Assembly (NCBI RefSeq): GCF_036588685.1
Contig: NC_086383.1
Span: forward strand, 49,352,001-49,416,000
Source: Mytilus trossulus
Taxonomy: Eukaryota
Length of the DNA stretch: 64,000 nt
Direction: 5' to 3'
Shown here: positions 48,561 through 62,722 of the stretch, one piece after another
Layout: the number at the start of each line of letters is the position of its first letter
Numbering within the stretch: position 1 is the first letter of the stretch
Notes under the pieces: generated by a model
The model's input: the letters and a program-made list of their open reading frames with translations, nothing else
Told to the model about the DNA's origin: nothing
Database searches by the model: none
Translations under genes and position numbers: made by a program

Positions 48561-51500
48561 CTTCATAAACAGATATAACATTTAGTAACTTAACTACCTG
48601 AAATTAATTCAAGTGCGCTATTCAGTGCACTTTTATCTGTCAATTTTGAACAAGTTTTATTATCGAGAAATCGATTTCGATGTATTATTTCGCAATAGCA
48701 ATTATTTCTTATCGTTTTGTGGTTTTTGTCTTTACACAATTATATAACCGGATCCACAAGAAAACATCACATTGCTGCGTACTGACAAACAGGAAGTGCA
48801 CGCGGCCATTTTTGGTTTTGTTGCTTTGTAGCACAATGACAATAACGACCATCGTTTTTTTTATGTTTGCTATTGTACAATTATATGACAGAATCCTGGA
48901 TCGAAGAGCTATTGTAAACTACCAATATCACTTTTATTCAGTAGCAAGTCAGGTATTCCGATTAAGTAATACAAAAAACACGTTTTCACCAATGTTCTGA
49001 ACTAAAGAGGTTTATTCAGAGCAAATATTGTTAAGAATATTGAATAACAAAATGTTTTAAAATAAGACAAATATTTCCACAAAAAGCATGATAAGACTAT
49101 AGAAATATGTAACAAGTGATTATTAAAATGCCCAATCTGAGCCCTCTGATAGACTGAGTGAGCATAAAATCATCGCCGATGACAAACAAGTCATAGGTAT
49201 TTTTTTTAGTATTACTAACAAAAGATTTACGGCCGCCGACACTGTTATGAATTTCATTTTATTTAAATCGTTCAAAACGTCTCAAGAATGGTTGGTCGAG
49301 AGAATGACTTTGTCTAACCTAAATCTTGAATGATTCTTTTGTCAATTGTTTATTTTATTGTACACATCACATGAACTTATCTCTGTTAAATCAAAATTGA
49401 GTAATGTTGGATGCATTATCGTTTTTTTTTTTTATTTCTAAATTTAACTTGTCTTACTGATAGGCGTAGTTTCGTTGCTGGTAAACAAACATCAATGTAC
49501 ATGCTCTGGCTCTTTCATACTGTTCTTTATAAAAAAAGAAACGAACAAAAAACAAACACGCACTACTGTACTTAAGGGTCATCGATGTTACCAATGACTA
49601 TTCTACCAGCTAACAGCGACAACGTTAACGGGCTGTCCGACAATTCATCGTGGGCATCACTGTTACCGAGCCATTATCAAATAATAGTTACAAAACCATG
49701 CAATATGAAATTAAGGAGATGCGGTATGATTGCAAATGAGACAACTATCCACCAAAGTTGAAATAAAACTTGTTTTCTAATCTCACCGTCTTCGGACTGT
49801 AAATTATAAAGACACTGTCGACCTATTTTGTCTGCACTATTGCCACGATTACCTGAGGGCACCGATTACCTCAGGGCATACAGCAGCGGACCTAACTGCC
49901 ATCTGCGTTTTGTACACTCTACATTTTACGAACCCGACACACATTGTCCAGGATATATCAATGGATGTGTATTACAATTAATAATAAATATATCAGTTTA
50001 ATATTTAATTATGAATTGCCAAATACAACATTTAGATATAACCTTGGTTACTAACGCGTAACATAACGGACTGCTGAAAATCACGTGCTAGAAATACAAT
50101 CTGCCACATGATATCAGTAACGGAAATACCATTTTTGATTCACACATTTTGGAAAATTAACTTGATACATTATCTGTCGATCCCATTCAGGATAATTATA
50201 TACAATGATATGATATATCTTACTCAGGTTCACAATGTATGGTCTTTATCAGCTTACGCCTCAACACGTTATTTAAACTGGTCAATACCAAATTATATGA
50301 AGCTATATCGACATTATACAGTGTATTTTGTTTCTAAACATTATTTGTTAATTAACTCGTCAACCAATAAATCAGATTTTATCAATATCCAATATTTAGT
50401 TGTGAAATTGATCTAAATGACAATTTCACAATATGTCAAAGATATACGCATTTAAAGGATTCACTGATTAATCATTCAACAACAAGTTTTGTGATCGTCT
50501 ATCTTTGCGTCTCTCGAGCTCCGTCGTCTGTCCTTCACAACTCGTTTGACTTTCCGCTCTCTAACTCGTTGGAGTTCAATGATTGAGTGTGGGGTGAACA
50601 TTTACCACTGTCACTTACAGAATAATAATAACTCTATACAGAATGTCATGTGTAATATGTCTCTGATTCTACCTGGCCGCTCTTTTGCATATGTAGAAAA
50701 AAGGTTTTGCTTTCTACTTTTTATACATTAGAGTTTAAGAAGAAACTATGGCATGATTATTCACAATTACGATAAAGAGCGTCGCATCATAAGAAATCAC
50801 TTTGGGCTTTGTTCATTGTTGAAGGCCGTACGGGGACCTATAGTTGTTAATCTCTGTGTCATTTTGGTTTCTTGTGAAGATTTTTTTCAGTGAAAATCAT
50901 CCCACATCTTTTTTATAAATATATATTCAAATTGCATTGAAAATTACGGTATCATACTAGTTCAGCAGAGCAATGATTAAAAAACTACAGTAGCTCAATT
51001 ATATGAATTAGCATTTCATCCACCATATACACAATACGGTGTTTCGTGCCAATTGAAGTAAATGTATTTTGTTGAGCTTGTTAAAAAGGTATCTGGGTTT
51101 TTTTTGCCATGTGGAGGTTTGGAGAGGCCCTGATCTGTTGTATAAGCTTTGTTCATAGTTAAAGGCTTTTACGATTACCTATATATAGTCGTTATGTCTG
51201 TGTCATTTGGGCTCTTGTGTAGAGTTGTCTCATTGGCAACTGTAACACATCTTTTTTATTATATTGCCACACGTTCGGAATGAGAACGAGTTGTGTAATT
51301 ACTTCTTATGTAATCTTTAGCTTGACCAAGATTTTTTTTTTTTTTTTGCTTTCTTTTAACGACCCATTTTGGAGACTCCAGTTTAAATTTATAGTCCTTC
51401 TTAAACTGCAAGAACTGCCCGGCACTGAACATTATGTATAATACTTGTTCGAATTCGAACTTGATTGCCTAGGAATTCAAGTTTTCCTCCCGAAGCCGTG

Positions 51501-51750
51501 GCGGAACCCGAACATTTTGCAAAGTGATGAGGAGGGTTGCTGACTGACCTAAAGGGGGCCGCACCAGTCACGCTAAAGTGATTCGATATATAATCAACTA
51601 ATTTTTCAAACGAAAGTGGGGAAAATTTCCTTAACCAGTAAGATTTGTTGCAAAGATATAGTCAAGAGTACTGAAAGTAGTGTTAGACATCAACAAACAA
51701 TTTTAAAATAACTAAGGTTGTAAATCCGGCAAGTAAATTTCATTTTTTTA

Positions 51751-51948
51751 CATAAATAAGGCCGTTAGTTTTCTCGTTTGAATTGTTTTACATTGTCTTA
51801 TCGGGGCCTTTTATAGCTGACTATGCGATATGGGCTTTGCTCATTGTTGAAGGCCGTATGGTGACCTATAGTTGTTAATGTTTGTGTCATTTTGGTCTTT
51901 TGTGGATAGTTGTCTAATTGGCAATCATACCACATCTTCTTTTTTATA
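51751..51948 (+). repeat. High-copy interspersed repeat (…CTCATTGGCAATCATACCACATCTTC family); near-identical copy at 13031-13227 and many more (e.g. 2128-2420, 7860-7965, 12450-12640, 19420-19650, 32953-33120, 37960-38095, 44550-44735, 56243-56432)
   Basis: Recurrent AGATGTGGTATGAxTGCCAATGAGACAAC motif on both strands. Confidence 0.8.
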
Positions 51949-53997
51949 TTGTCCTGTAGTTAGAAGGTATTGTTTGCAACGGGATTAATAAGTTTCAATG
52001 CAATTTTTTTTCAGATAGATCTTTACTATTATTACAGTACATTCTCTATGATTGGTTTGAATAAAAAAAAAAAAACATACGATATAATCGTTTATTGAAT
52101 TTTATTTTTTATCGATATATTTCAATTGGAATTTATAATTTGTTATTTTTCCGATCAGAAATGTGTTTAATACGTAAATTTCAAAATAATGCCCTTCATT
52201 TGAACATTACTTTACAAAACAAATGAGATTCAATTATAGTAATGTATTATACATTAACTGACCGTATTGTTTGTTTAAACTAGTTATTTGACAAATTGAT
52301 ACTCAGGGTTAGTGACATAGATATGAATAAAATGAGATAACGTCTTTCGTCTCAACTCGGCTGATTCCGTACCCTCATTTAGCGGATTGTACCGAGGATT
52401 GCCGAATGGGGATGTAGTATGATTGCCAATGAGACAACTATCTACGATGCTGAGTTCAAATGACGAAGATTTTTTTGCCGTAAGTCGTTGATTCTTCTCT
52501 GGTGATATGGCTTTCGACATTAAAATATTGCGTTTGCTGCCATTGCTGCTTTAAAAAAGGGATGAAAGACACCAGAGGGATGGTCAAACTCATACATCAA
52601 AATAAACTGACAACGCCATGGCTAAAAAAGAAAATGACAAACAGACAAATAATAGTATACAAGACACAACAAAAGACTTTTGCAACACGAACCCCACCGA
52701 AAACTGGGGTGATCTCGGGTGCTCCGGAAAGGTAATCTTCCTGCTACATATGTGGTCCCCGTCGTGTATCTCGTGTTATCAAAACCTGGTAAAAAGACTA
52801 ATTCGGTAGGTCACCTTCGTGAAAAGGGAATGCGATTGTAGTTACGACATAAGGAAAATATCCGATATCATCTTGATAGCGGTTATTTAAATACCGTCAA
52901 CCAACAAGTGATGGCGTCCGTAAATTTACGAAGGGATGATCTCAAATTCACCATTTTGAACTCTTGGTTTATTAGCTTCCTTGTGAGCAGCAACCACCTT
53001 GGATAACTATTTCTTACTTTTTGATATGGTTGCCAAAGCTTAACGGATCGTGACACTTCTTTTCTCGTAATTACATGATAGTTTTCTCGTAATTTCGAGA
53101 TGAAACAAATATTATCTCGTAATTACGCGATAAATATATTTTTTGTGTGACCCTTATAGGCTTTCGTATATACATCATGGTGGTTGGAATCAAATACTCT
53201 ATTTTTTTCGAGATAATATAACTGCATTAAGTTAGCTGATTTCTTGCTACCTATTTTAGATATCAATAAAGGGTTTTGTTCATGTTTGGATACTTTGGGT
53301 CTGTTTTAAATTGTAGTTTAATTAGTCTAATAGAAAGCATTAAAATAATAAGTTACAAATTACATTTTGCTTTCTAATTCAATGATTACATTTTCATTCC
53401 CAGGTGACTTTAAACATCATCAAATATGTTTCAACCTAATTTTAAGCATTTTAAAATAAATGACAACAAAATGAGTTTCACATCAGCACTAACTCAATCC
53501 TATGGTATACATTATACGTTTCCGGTTTCTGGTCAAATACAAACAGACTGTGCTGCATGATGTCATTTTAATTGTATTACTAATACGTTGTTGTGTCTTT
53601 TAAAAGTTTTATGAGTGCTATCTGTCATTAAATTATTGCTTACATTATTGTTAATCATTATTTCAAAGCTCTTTTCTATTTGTTTAAACTGTTACTTAAA
53701 AGTAAACATACGTAAACCCCCGTCAGAACAACCCATTATTTGTCTGTTTAATTATTTCTGCAATTTGATTTCTTGATTTCCCTTGATTCAGAATATTCTG
53801 TAATGACAGTAATACAAAAGATTTTAATGGGTGTTTTTCGAGTCAACATTAAATTTTCAAAAGGTTAAAAACACAGTACAAATCGACAATCTAGTCACAA
53901 AACGTGTAACGACGTCAGCATTTAACTTTTAAATATTAAAAACAATAAAGAATCCTTCAGTTTTATTTTGGATTTTAGTCATTCATCACTTCTAATA

Positions 53998-54324
53998 ATG
54001 CACAACCAAAAGGATATGCTGCCAATCGTCTTCTTTTGCATAATATCAATAATACTCAAAATCTGCAACTGTTACTGCAACAACGATGAAAATGTTACCG
54101 GTGGTGCCTTCACTGGTGGTATCTATATGGATTCGTATGTCATAAGGGCACACTCTGGTACCGGGCCGAAAATGTGTATTAGGGATTGTTTATTACAATC
54201 AGATTGCAATGCCGTAAATTTCAAAAAAGCCGACTGGACGTGTGAATTGTTATCCATTTCAGGAGGGGATCAGTCGACGGTACAAGCAGGTTTTTATTAT
54301 TCATCGATTACAAAATGGACTATG
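53998..54324 (+). CDS. Signal peptide + PAN/apple-like domain (CIRDCLLQSDCNAVNFKKADWTCEL)
   Basis: C-x3-C-x5-C-x-A-V-N-F-x6-C-E-L PAN pattern; donor ATG|GTAAGA; start at 53998 or 54016; acceptor at 53977-53978 implies an upstream UTR exon. Confidence 0.85.
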
Positions 54325-55947
54325 GTAAGACTATTTTTTATGAACTATATGGGTAGAAAAGACACGCACATGTTGTAAAAATGATACATTTCATAATTAT
54401 ATGTATCTCTTTGAAACCTTTTGTATTTTTAAGTTTGATCAAATCTCTGAATATTTTTTTTTTGTATGTTATTTCGTGAATATTTATGATTTATTCCATC
54501 TTGATGCGACCTTTACAAGTTTTTTTTTATAGCTGAATTAGATTTTGAATAATACGGCATATTCACCACGCTCAAAACGTCGCGCGCTTTTACGTGTATA
54601 ATTATGGTAAAATCGTTTGATGCATAGCTGTTTTTGGTAAATAATTGTCATTACATACATAATGTCCTGTCTCGGAATATTTTTTCTGTAAAAATTTAGT
54701 TAAATTGACGTTGGCCTAAGAGAATCTCAATCAAATCACATATTTACCTCACCAAACGATAGTAATTGGAAAAGTACTACAGTACTTAAAACATATACAT
54801 TATGATGACGGCCAACAAACTATTAGTTTTAAGAATATAAAGTAAAAGATTTAAAAAAATATATAAACAAAAGGAAAAGAAACGACTGACACAACTCTGC
54901 ATCAGAGTTTACATGTTAATGACGTTTTACAAAAAGGGTTAAAGTTATTTTATGTCATGACATGGCTATGTTTAATCTCCACTTAAAAATGATCATTTAT
55001 GATTTTCAAAAAGTAGTTGTTACATGTATCAACCATAACCGATTATCAAAAAATACTTTTTTTCAATCATTTGCGATAATTAAAAAGTTATCGACTGTTT
55101 TAGTTAATAAGTGTTTCCCTTGAACTTAGTAATTCATTTCTTCTTGAGTATTTGATCTAAATACATTTCTTCAGTCTGTAGCTTTTTCTTATTTTTCGCT
55201 GTATATTGCTAATGATAATGTTTGTCAAACATTTGTTGAACACTGTAAAAATCTCCATGAATTAGATTTATTTAAGAATTGAATTCTCTTTTTTGTAAAT
55301 TTATTGGGGTGTAAAAGCATTGACCGAAGTACAGTGGAGATCACTTCTAACCTCTCATTAAATCTGTCAGGAGAACTGTTCCAGAACAGTACGTAGAACT
55401 GTCAGCCTGACAACTTTTAGTCAGTTCTAGGTTAGAACTGTTCTAGCTAGAACTGATTTGGTCAGTTCTACCTAGAACTGATCCTGACAGTTCTACCCTA
55501 GAACAGTTTTAGACAGTTCTAGCTAGAACTGACCAAATATTTAGAACAGTTCTACCTAGAACTGATCCTGACAGTTCTAGCTAGAACTGACCAAATATTT
55601 AGAACAGTTCTACGGTTAGAATTGATTTCTAATTTTACGGCTAGAATTGATTTTTAAAAATTCTACGGTCAGAATTGATTTATAAATTCTACGGCTAAAA
55701 TTAAATTATAAATTCTACGGGTAAAATTGATTTAAAATCCTACGGCTAGAGTTGATTTATAAGTTTTAAGAACTCTTTGCCTTAATTATATAAAGGCTTG
55801 GGTAAAAAAACGATTTAAATTATGTAGAGTTTTGCTATTTTGCGAGTCGGTTTTATTTCAGATTTATAATCGGCAAGAGAACATGTTGAACCTGTTAACC
55901 CCGTCATATTCTGCATGTATGTGCCTGTTCCAAGTCAGGAGCATGTA

Positions 55948-56221
55948 AGGCCTCAACCATTTGATTTCATTGGGGGTCTATGGATTATTTTGGAAAAAAA
56001 AGTTTGTTTCCTGTTTTCGGAGATTTTTTTTTTTCAACCCTGAGAACACAAATTGTTTGTTTCACCCTCAGATTCTACTATATGTAATGCTACAATTGAA
56101 AGAAAAAAATTGTTGTCAACTTGTCGCCCAAAATATGTTTCTCCGAAGGCGAAGAAAAAAGTTTGTCCAGAAAAAAACATCCATAGCCCCCGCCCCTAGA
56201 AAATCTAATGGTTGCTGCCTC
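55948..56221. mobile_element. MITE with AGGCAGCAACCATTTGATTTTC-type TIR (PIF/Harbinger-like); other copies at 35375-35626 and 59966-60218
   Basis: Three mutually alignable copies with inverted termini and A/T-run-rich interiors. Confidence 0.7.
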
Positions 56222-57640
56222 ATTCAGTGATTTGTTGATGTGTAGGCCGTTAGTTATATCATCTGAATCGCTTTACATTGTCTTATCGTGCCTTTTATCG
56301 CTGACTATGCGGTATGGGCTTTGCTCATTGTTGAAGGCAGTACGGTGACCTAAAGTTGTTAATGTCTGTGTCATTTTGGTCTTTTGTGGATAGTGGTTTC
56401 ATTGACAATCATACCACATTCTCTTTTTTATTTACATAAATAATTTGTTTTTCTTTCACTTTTTGTACATAAATTAGGCCGTTAGTATTGGGGGAGGGAA
56501 GGGGGGAGGCATTATTATTTGAATTGTTTTACATTTGTTATTCCGGGAATCAGGATGGTTCGTTATCATATAACAAAATTATCGGACCTCATTAACCAAT
56601 ATAATATCTGTTTACGAGTAGTTTTCATACCTCGGACGACCTTTTTAACAAAAATCTTTTGACCGCATCAATCTAAACTGCCATTATTTGCCCCTGGACC
56701 CCTCCACTTGATCCTCCAATGAACATGTTCTTGTTTTATTCAAAATTTTGAATCATCACAAATATCAGTAGTTTTTATACTTCAGACTGAGTCGTGTAAA
56801 AAAATCTTTTGACTGCATTAACCAAAACTTACCATATTTGCTTTTTATTATGTAAATCTATATAGCTGCACAGCAATTCAGTTATAATTTTAGTTCGAGA
56901 GGGACTGTAGTATATAAATAACTGCAATATTGGAAATCAATGACCACAAATTTTTTTTCGCATTAATTGAGGGTGCCAGCATTTACTATTTTTATTCAAA
57001 ATATAGCATCAGAATCAAATATCAGTAGTTTTCATACCTCTGACTAACTCATGTAACAATTTTTTTTGTCTGTATCAATCAAAACTGACCATATTTGAAA
57101 GCATCAACCAAAACTGACCATATTTGACCACATCAACTAAAACTGACCATATTTGCTCTTTTTTATTCAACTCTTATAGTCACATAGTAAATCTGTAATA
57201 TTTTTATGTAAGGATGGAGTGTATAATCATTATAATACAGATGATCTATATTATTGGGTTATTGCATGAATATTGGGGAATATTGTTCCGAGAAGAATTT
57301 TATATTGCGCATGCTTATATTTTTTATACATGTATCAGGATGGATTGTTCAATATAAAGGAAAGCAACATTGGAAAACAAAATTATGCTCGCATCAGTTT
57401 ATAGTGCCAGCATGTCCTCTTCTTAATCAAAATTTTGAATCCTAAACTAATTTCAGTATTTTTAATATCTCAGACTGACTCATGGATATAACAAAATTAT
57501 TCGTCCACATCAACCAAAACCATGAAAACTGACCATATTTGACCGCATCAACCAAAACTGACCATATGTGACAGCATCAACCAAAACTGACCATATATAC
57601 ACTTTATAATGTAAATCTTAATATCAGTAATATATATATA

Positions 57641-59230
57641 TGTTACAGTAAATAGGTGAAATTAGGAATTACATGTAATTACTGAACGTTTCAGTAAATA
57701 CCTGTAATTACTAGCCAATTTAGTAATTACATGTATTTACTAGTTGTTTCAGTGATTACTGGTAATCACTGATTTTTTTGGTCATTTTTACAGCTATTTA
57801 CTAACTTGATGTTTTGTTTTAAAATTAAAAACATAATTGAAGATACCAAATAAGAAAGTGAAGGAATAGGGACTTTAAGGGAGCTTATTTAAGGATGTAG
57901 GAATATAAGGCACATCAAAAGTGCATACTCTTTAGTGTTTGTAAATTAAAACTGGAAAATGGTTGTTTTATAGGTCTTGTAACTCTGTAAATATATGCAT
58001 GCAAGACAATGATAGCTATCTCAAATTGATTTTCATAATTTGGTTAAACTAAAATCTCTATCATGCACTGTGGTTTAGAACTTTAAAATAACTTTCTCCA
58101 AATATCCTGGATTTTTACCAAACATGAATAGAAGCAAAATTTTTATGATCATAAGTTAATATCAAAAAGTAAAGTTTGTAAAAAGAATCCTTTTTTTTTC
58201 GTATTACTTATAAATGGAGTTTTTTTCCCGGTTAACATTTCATACACTATGCAGTTAAAGTTTTTAAAACATAAGGTTTTATAAACCATCCTGGATTTTT
58301 ACCCAATTTTGACAGAAGCTTCTTACAGTTCTAGTCAAAAGATAGTATCTAGAGGAAATTTTAATATTATTTCCTCATTTTTGTTGAGCCTGCAATTAAC
58401 AGCAAAAGTAGGCTATTTGTTCTGTAAAACCCTTACAACTTTAATAGCTTAATACATCGATAACCCATCTCCAGCTAGAGGTTGAATTGAAGGTCACATG
58501 AATACGTATTCAAAGATCTCCAAATATTCACTCGCAAGTGCACAACTCATCAACCTTGTTTCTCAGCTATTTTAACAAAATATAACCAGATTGGCTGCTA
58601 ATAGTGAATTGTAATTTCACTATATCATTTTTATTAATGATTTAACAACAAAAAGAATATTTTTATTTTTTTTATATCTCGAAGCTTATGCACATAACAG
58701 TTCACTCCAGTTCTTAACCTACATAACGTTATCTTATCTGTATCAGGTAGTAAGTCTAAATATTCTTAAAATTCAAAGTTTTCTTTAAAAAATTAAAACA
58801 TAATTCTTTAGGAGAATTTTCCATTTCTTATTTCCATGTCTGCTGAAATTGGTCAACATTATCTGTATAATGCTCAACTTGAACCATTTTGGATTAAAAC
58901 TAAAGTTACTCGGATTTAACCAAATATTTGAAAGTCCATATTTATTCAAGATATTTTTTTTATAGAAATCAACCATTTAAGAATTACTGTACTGTACTAA
59001 CTGATCTTTTAGTTAGTATAACCATAACTTTTGATCACCTGACCATAATACAACATTGTTTTAGCAGTCAGTAAATAGGTGTAAAAAATCATTTTAATAT
59101 TAGTAATTACTGGTAATAACTGGGACGTTTCAGGAATTACTTGTATTAACTAAGTGCATCGGGGATTACCTGTAATTCCTGAATTTTAGTAATTACATGT
59201 AATTCCTAATTTCACCTATTTACTGTAACA
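57641..59230. mobile_element. Nested TIR element (TGTTACAGTAAATAGGTGAAATTAGGAATTACATGTAATTACT) inserted in a (TA)n tract
   Basis: ~43-bp perfect inverted termini, subterminal GTAATTAC repeats, TA flanks. Confidence 0.82.
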
Positions 59231-59500
59231 TAAATATAGCCGCATAGTAAACCACTTATACATATAGTTACATATCACGATGGATTGTATAATTCAAATG
59301 ACAGCAATATTGTAACACATTGGCTAAACAAAATTTTTCACTTCAATTTAGAGTACCAGCAATTTTCTGCAAGTCCTCTTTTTATTTAAAATATTGAATT
59401 GTAAACAAATTTCAGTAGTTTCGATATACATGTATCAGACAGTCGTTTTTACAAAATTATTTGGCCACATCAACCAAAACTGAACTTATTTACACTTATC

Positions 59501-59622
59501 TAGTCCAAATAATTATGAGTTTATGACGTCTTGAAAGGCTATTATATTTTTTTTCTTTGGCGGCTTAGGCGTCAAAGAAAAAAATATAATAGCCTTTCAA
59601 GACGTCATAATTATTTGGACTA
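59501..59622. mobile_element. 122-bp palindromic MITE, TAG...CTA termini, 9-bp TSD ACACTTATC (AcademH- or MULE-like)
   Basis: Near-perfect hairpin; TSD at 59492-59500 and 59623-59631. Confidence 0.85.
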
Positions 59623-61249
59623 ACACTTATCATGCAAATATATATATGGCCTCATTGTAAACCAATAATATTTCTATGTCAGGACGGATTGTATGATAAA
59701 AATGACACCAACTTTGGAACACAATACACCTATATTGTTAATCCTGGCTGACCCGGCCTCTTGAACTTTTGAAGCATACATGTACAACAATCACTTAAAT
59801 TTCATTGTGGCGTCAGATATTTTGCTTTATGATGTCAAATTTTTACGGAAACCTGTGTGATATCCAGTAATGGCAAACAAATAGCGATAAGGTGTATTTA
59901 TACCATATCTAAAATTTAGAACGCCGTTATTTCCTCTCTGTATCCATAATAATGAACCGTCACTAAGGCAGCAACCATTTGATTTTCTATGGGGGCTATG
60001 GTTTTTTTTTTCTAAGCAAACTTTTTTTTTCGCCTGTGGCGAAAAACAATCTATTTATTGGCAACAAGATGAAAAAAAAAAATTCTTTCAATTTTAGCAT
60101 TACATATAGTGGCAGCTAAGGGTGAAACAAACAATTTTTTTTCTCAGGGTCAAAAACAAATAATTTTTTTCTCCAAAAACTGGAAACAAACTTTTTTTCC
60201 ATAAAAAAACATAGCCCTTAGTTTTTTTACGTTATAATACAACACTTTTTTTCATATCTCATTATTCATCCACTGTACAATTTTCGTATGAACATTTGTC
60301 AAAACAGAATCTTAAATGAATGTAAATCCAAGGCAAACAAGATAAATTACGATTAAAATTCCATGAATTAAATGCAGAGTTATATTTATATAGAGACTGT
60401 TAAAAACGGGGAACGAAGGAACGTAAACAATGATGTTTCCTATGCAATCTTATAAAAATATTTCTCCGATGAGTTGGATAACCTCCTATTCACTTCGATA
60501 TTTGTACATGTAACGTTTGATCAGTAAAAAATATAGAAAATCTCCTATTATATAGCAAAGTATTTGGAAGTAATTTATTTCTTCTAAATTCTAAAGTGCC
60601 CTTACTTCAGTGACGTCATTTAGAACTGTTCTACAGTCCTGACTGATTAAGTCAGTTCTGCTGACAGTTCTACGGTTATAACTGATTGGACAGTTCTACC
60701 TAGAACTGATTTAGACAGTTCTACCCTAGAACTGATCCTGACAGTTCTACCTAGAACTGATTTAGTCAGTTCTACCTAGAACTGATTCTGACAGTTCTAC
60801 TTAGAACAGTTCTAGGGTAGAACTGTTCTAGGTAGAACTGTTCTAGGACAGGTTAGAACAGTTCTATGACAGTTCTCCTGACAGTTCTAATGAGAGGTTA
60901 GAAGTGATCTCCACTGTACATTTTGTATGAAGCGCGGAAGCGCTTCATACTAAAAATGTGCGCACGGTCAACGCTTTTACAACCTTTAAAGTTACAAAAA
61001 AAAGCATTCAATACTTATAATTACATTTTTACCTATAGGATCATGAAAACACGCCTTTTATCAAGTTTTTATTTCATTTACCTGTGCACTTCATTGTGGG
61101 ACCTCGTGTCATAATGAATGAAAAGTTGCATTGTGTAATACAATTGATTAAGGAATAGCACGAGATTGCTAGTTAGCCAATCAGAATAACGTATTATAAT
61201 GAAACATACATCTAATGTAATTATTAAACGATTAAATTTCATGTTTCAG

Positions 61250-61337
61250 AAACCTAATCAATGCTGGCCGAATCCATGTTCTAATAGAGAGGAATGTGTT
61301 ATTGCCAAATATGGTTATCATGTCTGTATCCCTGTAG
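61250..61337 (+). CDS. 4-Cys truncated EGF-like exon KPNQCWPNPCSNREECVIAKYGYHVCIPV
   Basis: CAG acceptor, GTAAGT donor, 88 nt, phase 0-1. Confidence 0.82.
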
Positions 61338-62722
61338 GTAAGTTGCTTTTTACACTTGCTCCAATGGTTAAATTGAACTGGGGTTTTTTAATCGAATGTT
61401 GTCCTACTTGTAACCATGTCGCATGTTTCGATCGATCGTCTGCTTGTCAATAACTGGACATATAAAAAAAAACTTGTCAAATTTGATGACGACAACTTAT
61501 TTTACAAGTACTATAACTTTTTTTGTTTTTATCTAAATCAATGGAACAATGATGTTAAACAAATGAACATAGCAAGCATCGTTATTCTATTTATTCGTGA
61601 AATTCTCAATCCACCTTTTTCCATACAGTAAATATATTAATGAATCTACCAAACAGTAAATTTTGCAAAATAAATCGTCAACAAATATACCAGGCTTATA
61701 ATTTACAACACCAAACTCTCGTTTCCGTTACAAGAGACAAATTAACGGCCGAATCAAACAGATTTTTTTAATAACGATGTTTAAAGCATTAAAAACCAAA
61801 AGTTCCAAAACGTTGTGCTTAACCTGTCGAAAGGACAGTTGCTTTAGACTTTTTGTCAGATATTCGAAATCCTTCATTTTGTTCTATGAAGTGCCATTAA
61901 ACATTCAGCCCGCTAACCCTTCTTTTTTCATAATTTTTAACATATAGTTTTAAAATCCATATTTGAGGAAAATCTTATAAAATCTATGTTAGTTTTTCAT
62001 ATTCTTGCCATTGTGAAAAGTACGGAAATCTAGAGAGTATCATTTCCTGTCAAATATGCAATGGCTTAAAATCTTGTAAAAGAGGGGCGAATTTAAATAC
62101 CAGAGGGACAGTCAAACTCATAGATTGAAAATAATCTGACAACGCTATGGCTAAAAAAATTCACGACAAACAGAAAAATAATAGTACACAAGATACAGCT
62201 TTAAAAACTAAAGACTAAGCAACACGAACCCACAAAAAACTTAGGGTGATCTTGGGTGCTCCGGAAGGGAACTAAGTAGATCTTGCTCCACATGTGGCAA
62301 AGTGGTGTTACTCATGAACACGAACCCACACAAAACTTGGGGTGACCTCATGTGATCCGGAAGGGTACTAAGTCGTGTTGCTCGTGTAATTACAAACCCA
62401 GTAAATAGTCTTATTCGGAAGGTGATATTCGTTAAAAGGGAAGGGGATTGTAGTTACGACATAAGGAACACATTCGATATCACCAGTGAAACTGTTATTC
62501 CATAACGGTCAACCAACTCGTGATGGCGTTCGTAAAATTTACGAAGGGGTGATCTTAACTTCACCATTTTTGAAATCTTGATTTAATAGCTCCGGCACAT
62601 TTTTAATGGTATTTTAGTTCTGTTATTTATAAACTGTCAATTTATAATAAGCTAGTTATTTTTGAATCAAAGTATCTAACATTCTTACACTTTATTCATA
62701 TAATACCTTTGTTCCCCGATAG

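Larger units (their letters stand above)
55332..60916. mobile_element. 5.6-kb foldback-type non-autonomous element, TA TSD, CAGTGG termini (Tc1/mariner-like ends)
   Basis: TIR CAGTGGAGATCACTTCTAACCTCTCATTA at both ends; TA at 55330-55331 and 60917-60918; subterminal TAGAACTG/CAGTTCTA arrays; no transposase ORF seen. Confidence 0.88.

Noticed and set aside
49780-49990. GC-richer patch with HCPGYINGC in one frame and a 17-bp direct repeat
   Set aside because: No consistent splice sites or long frame; a gene fragment cannot be supported.
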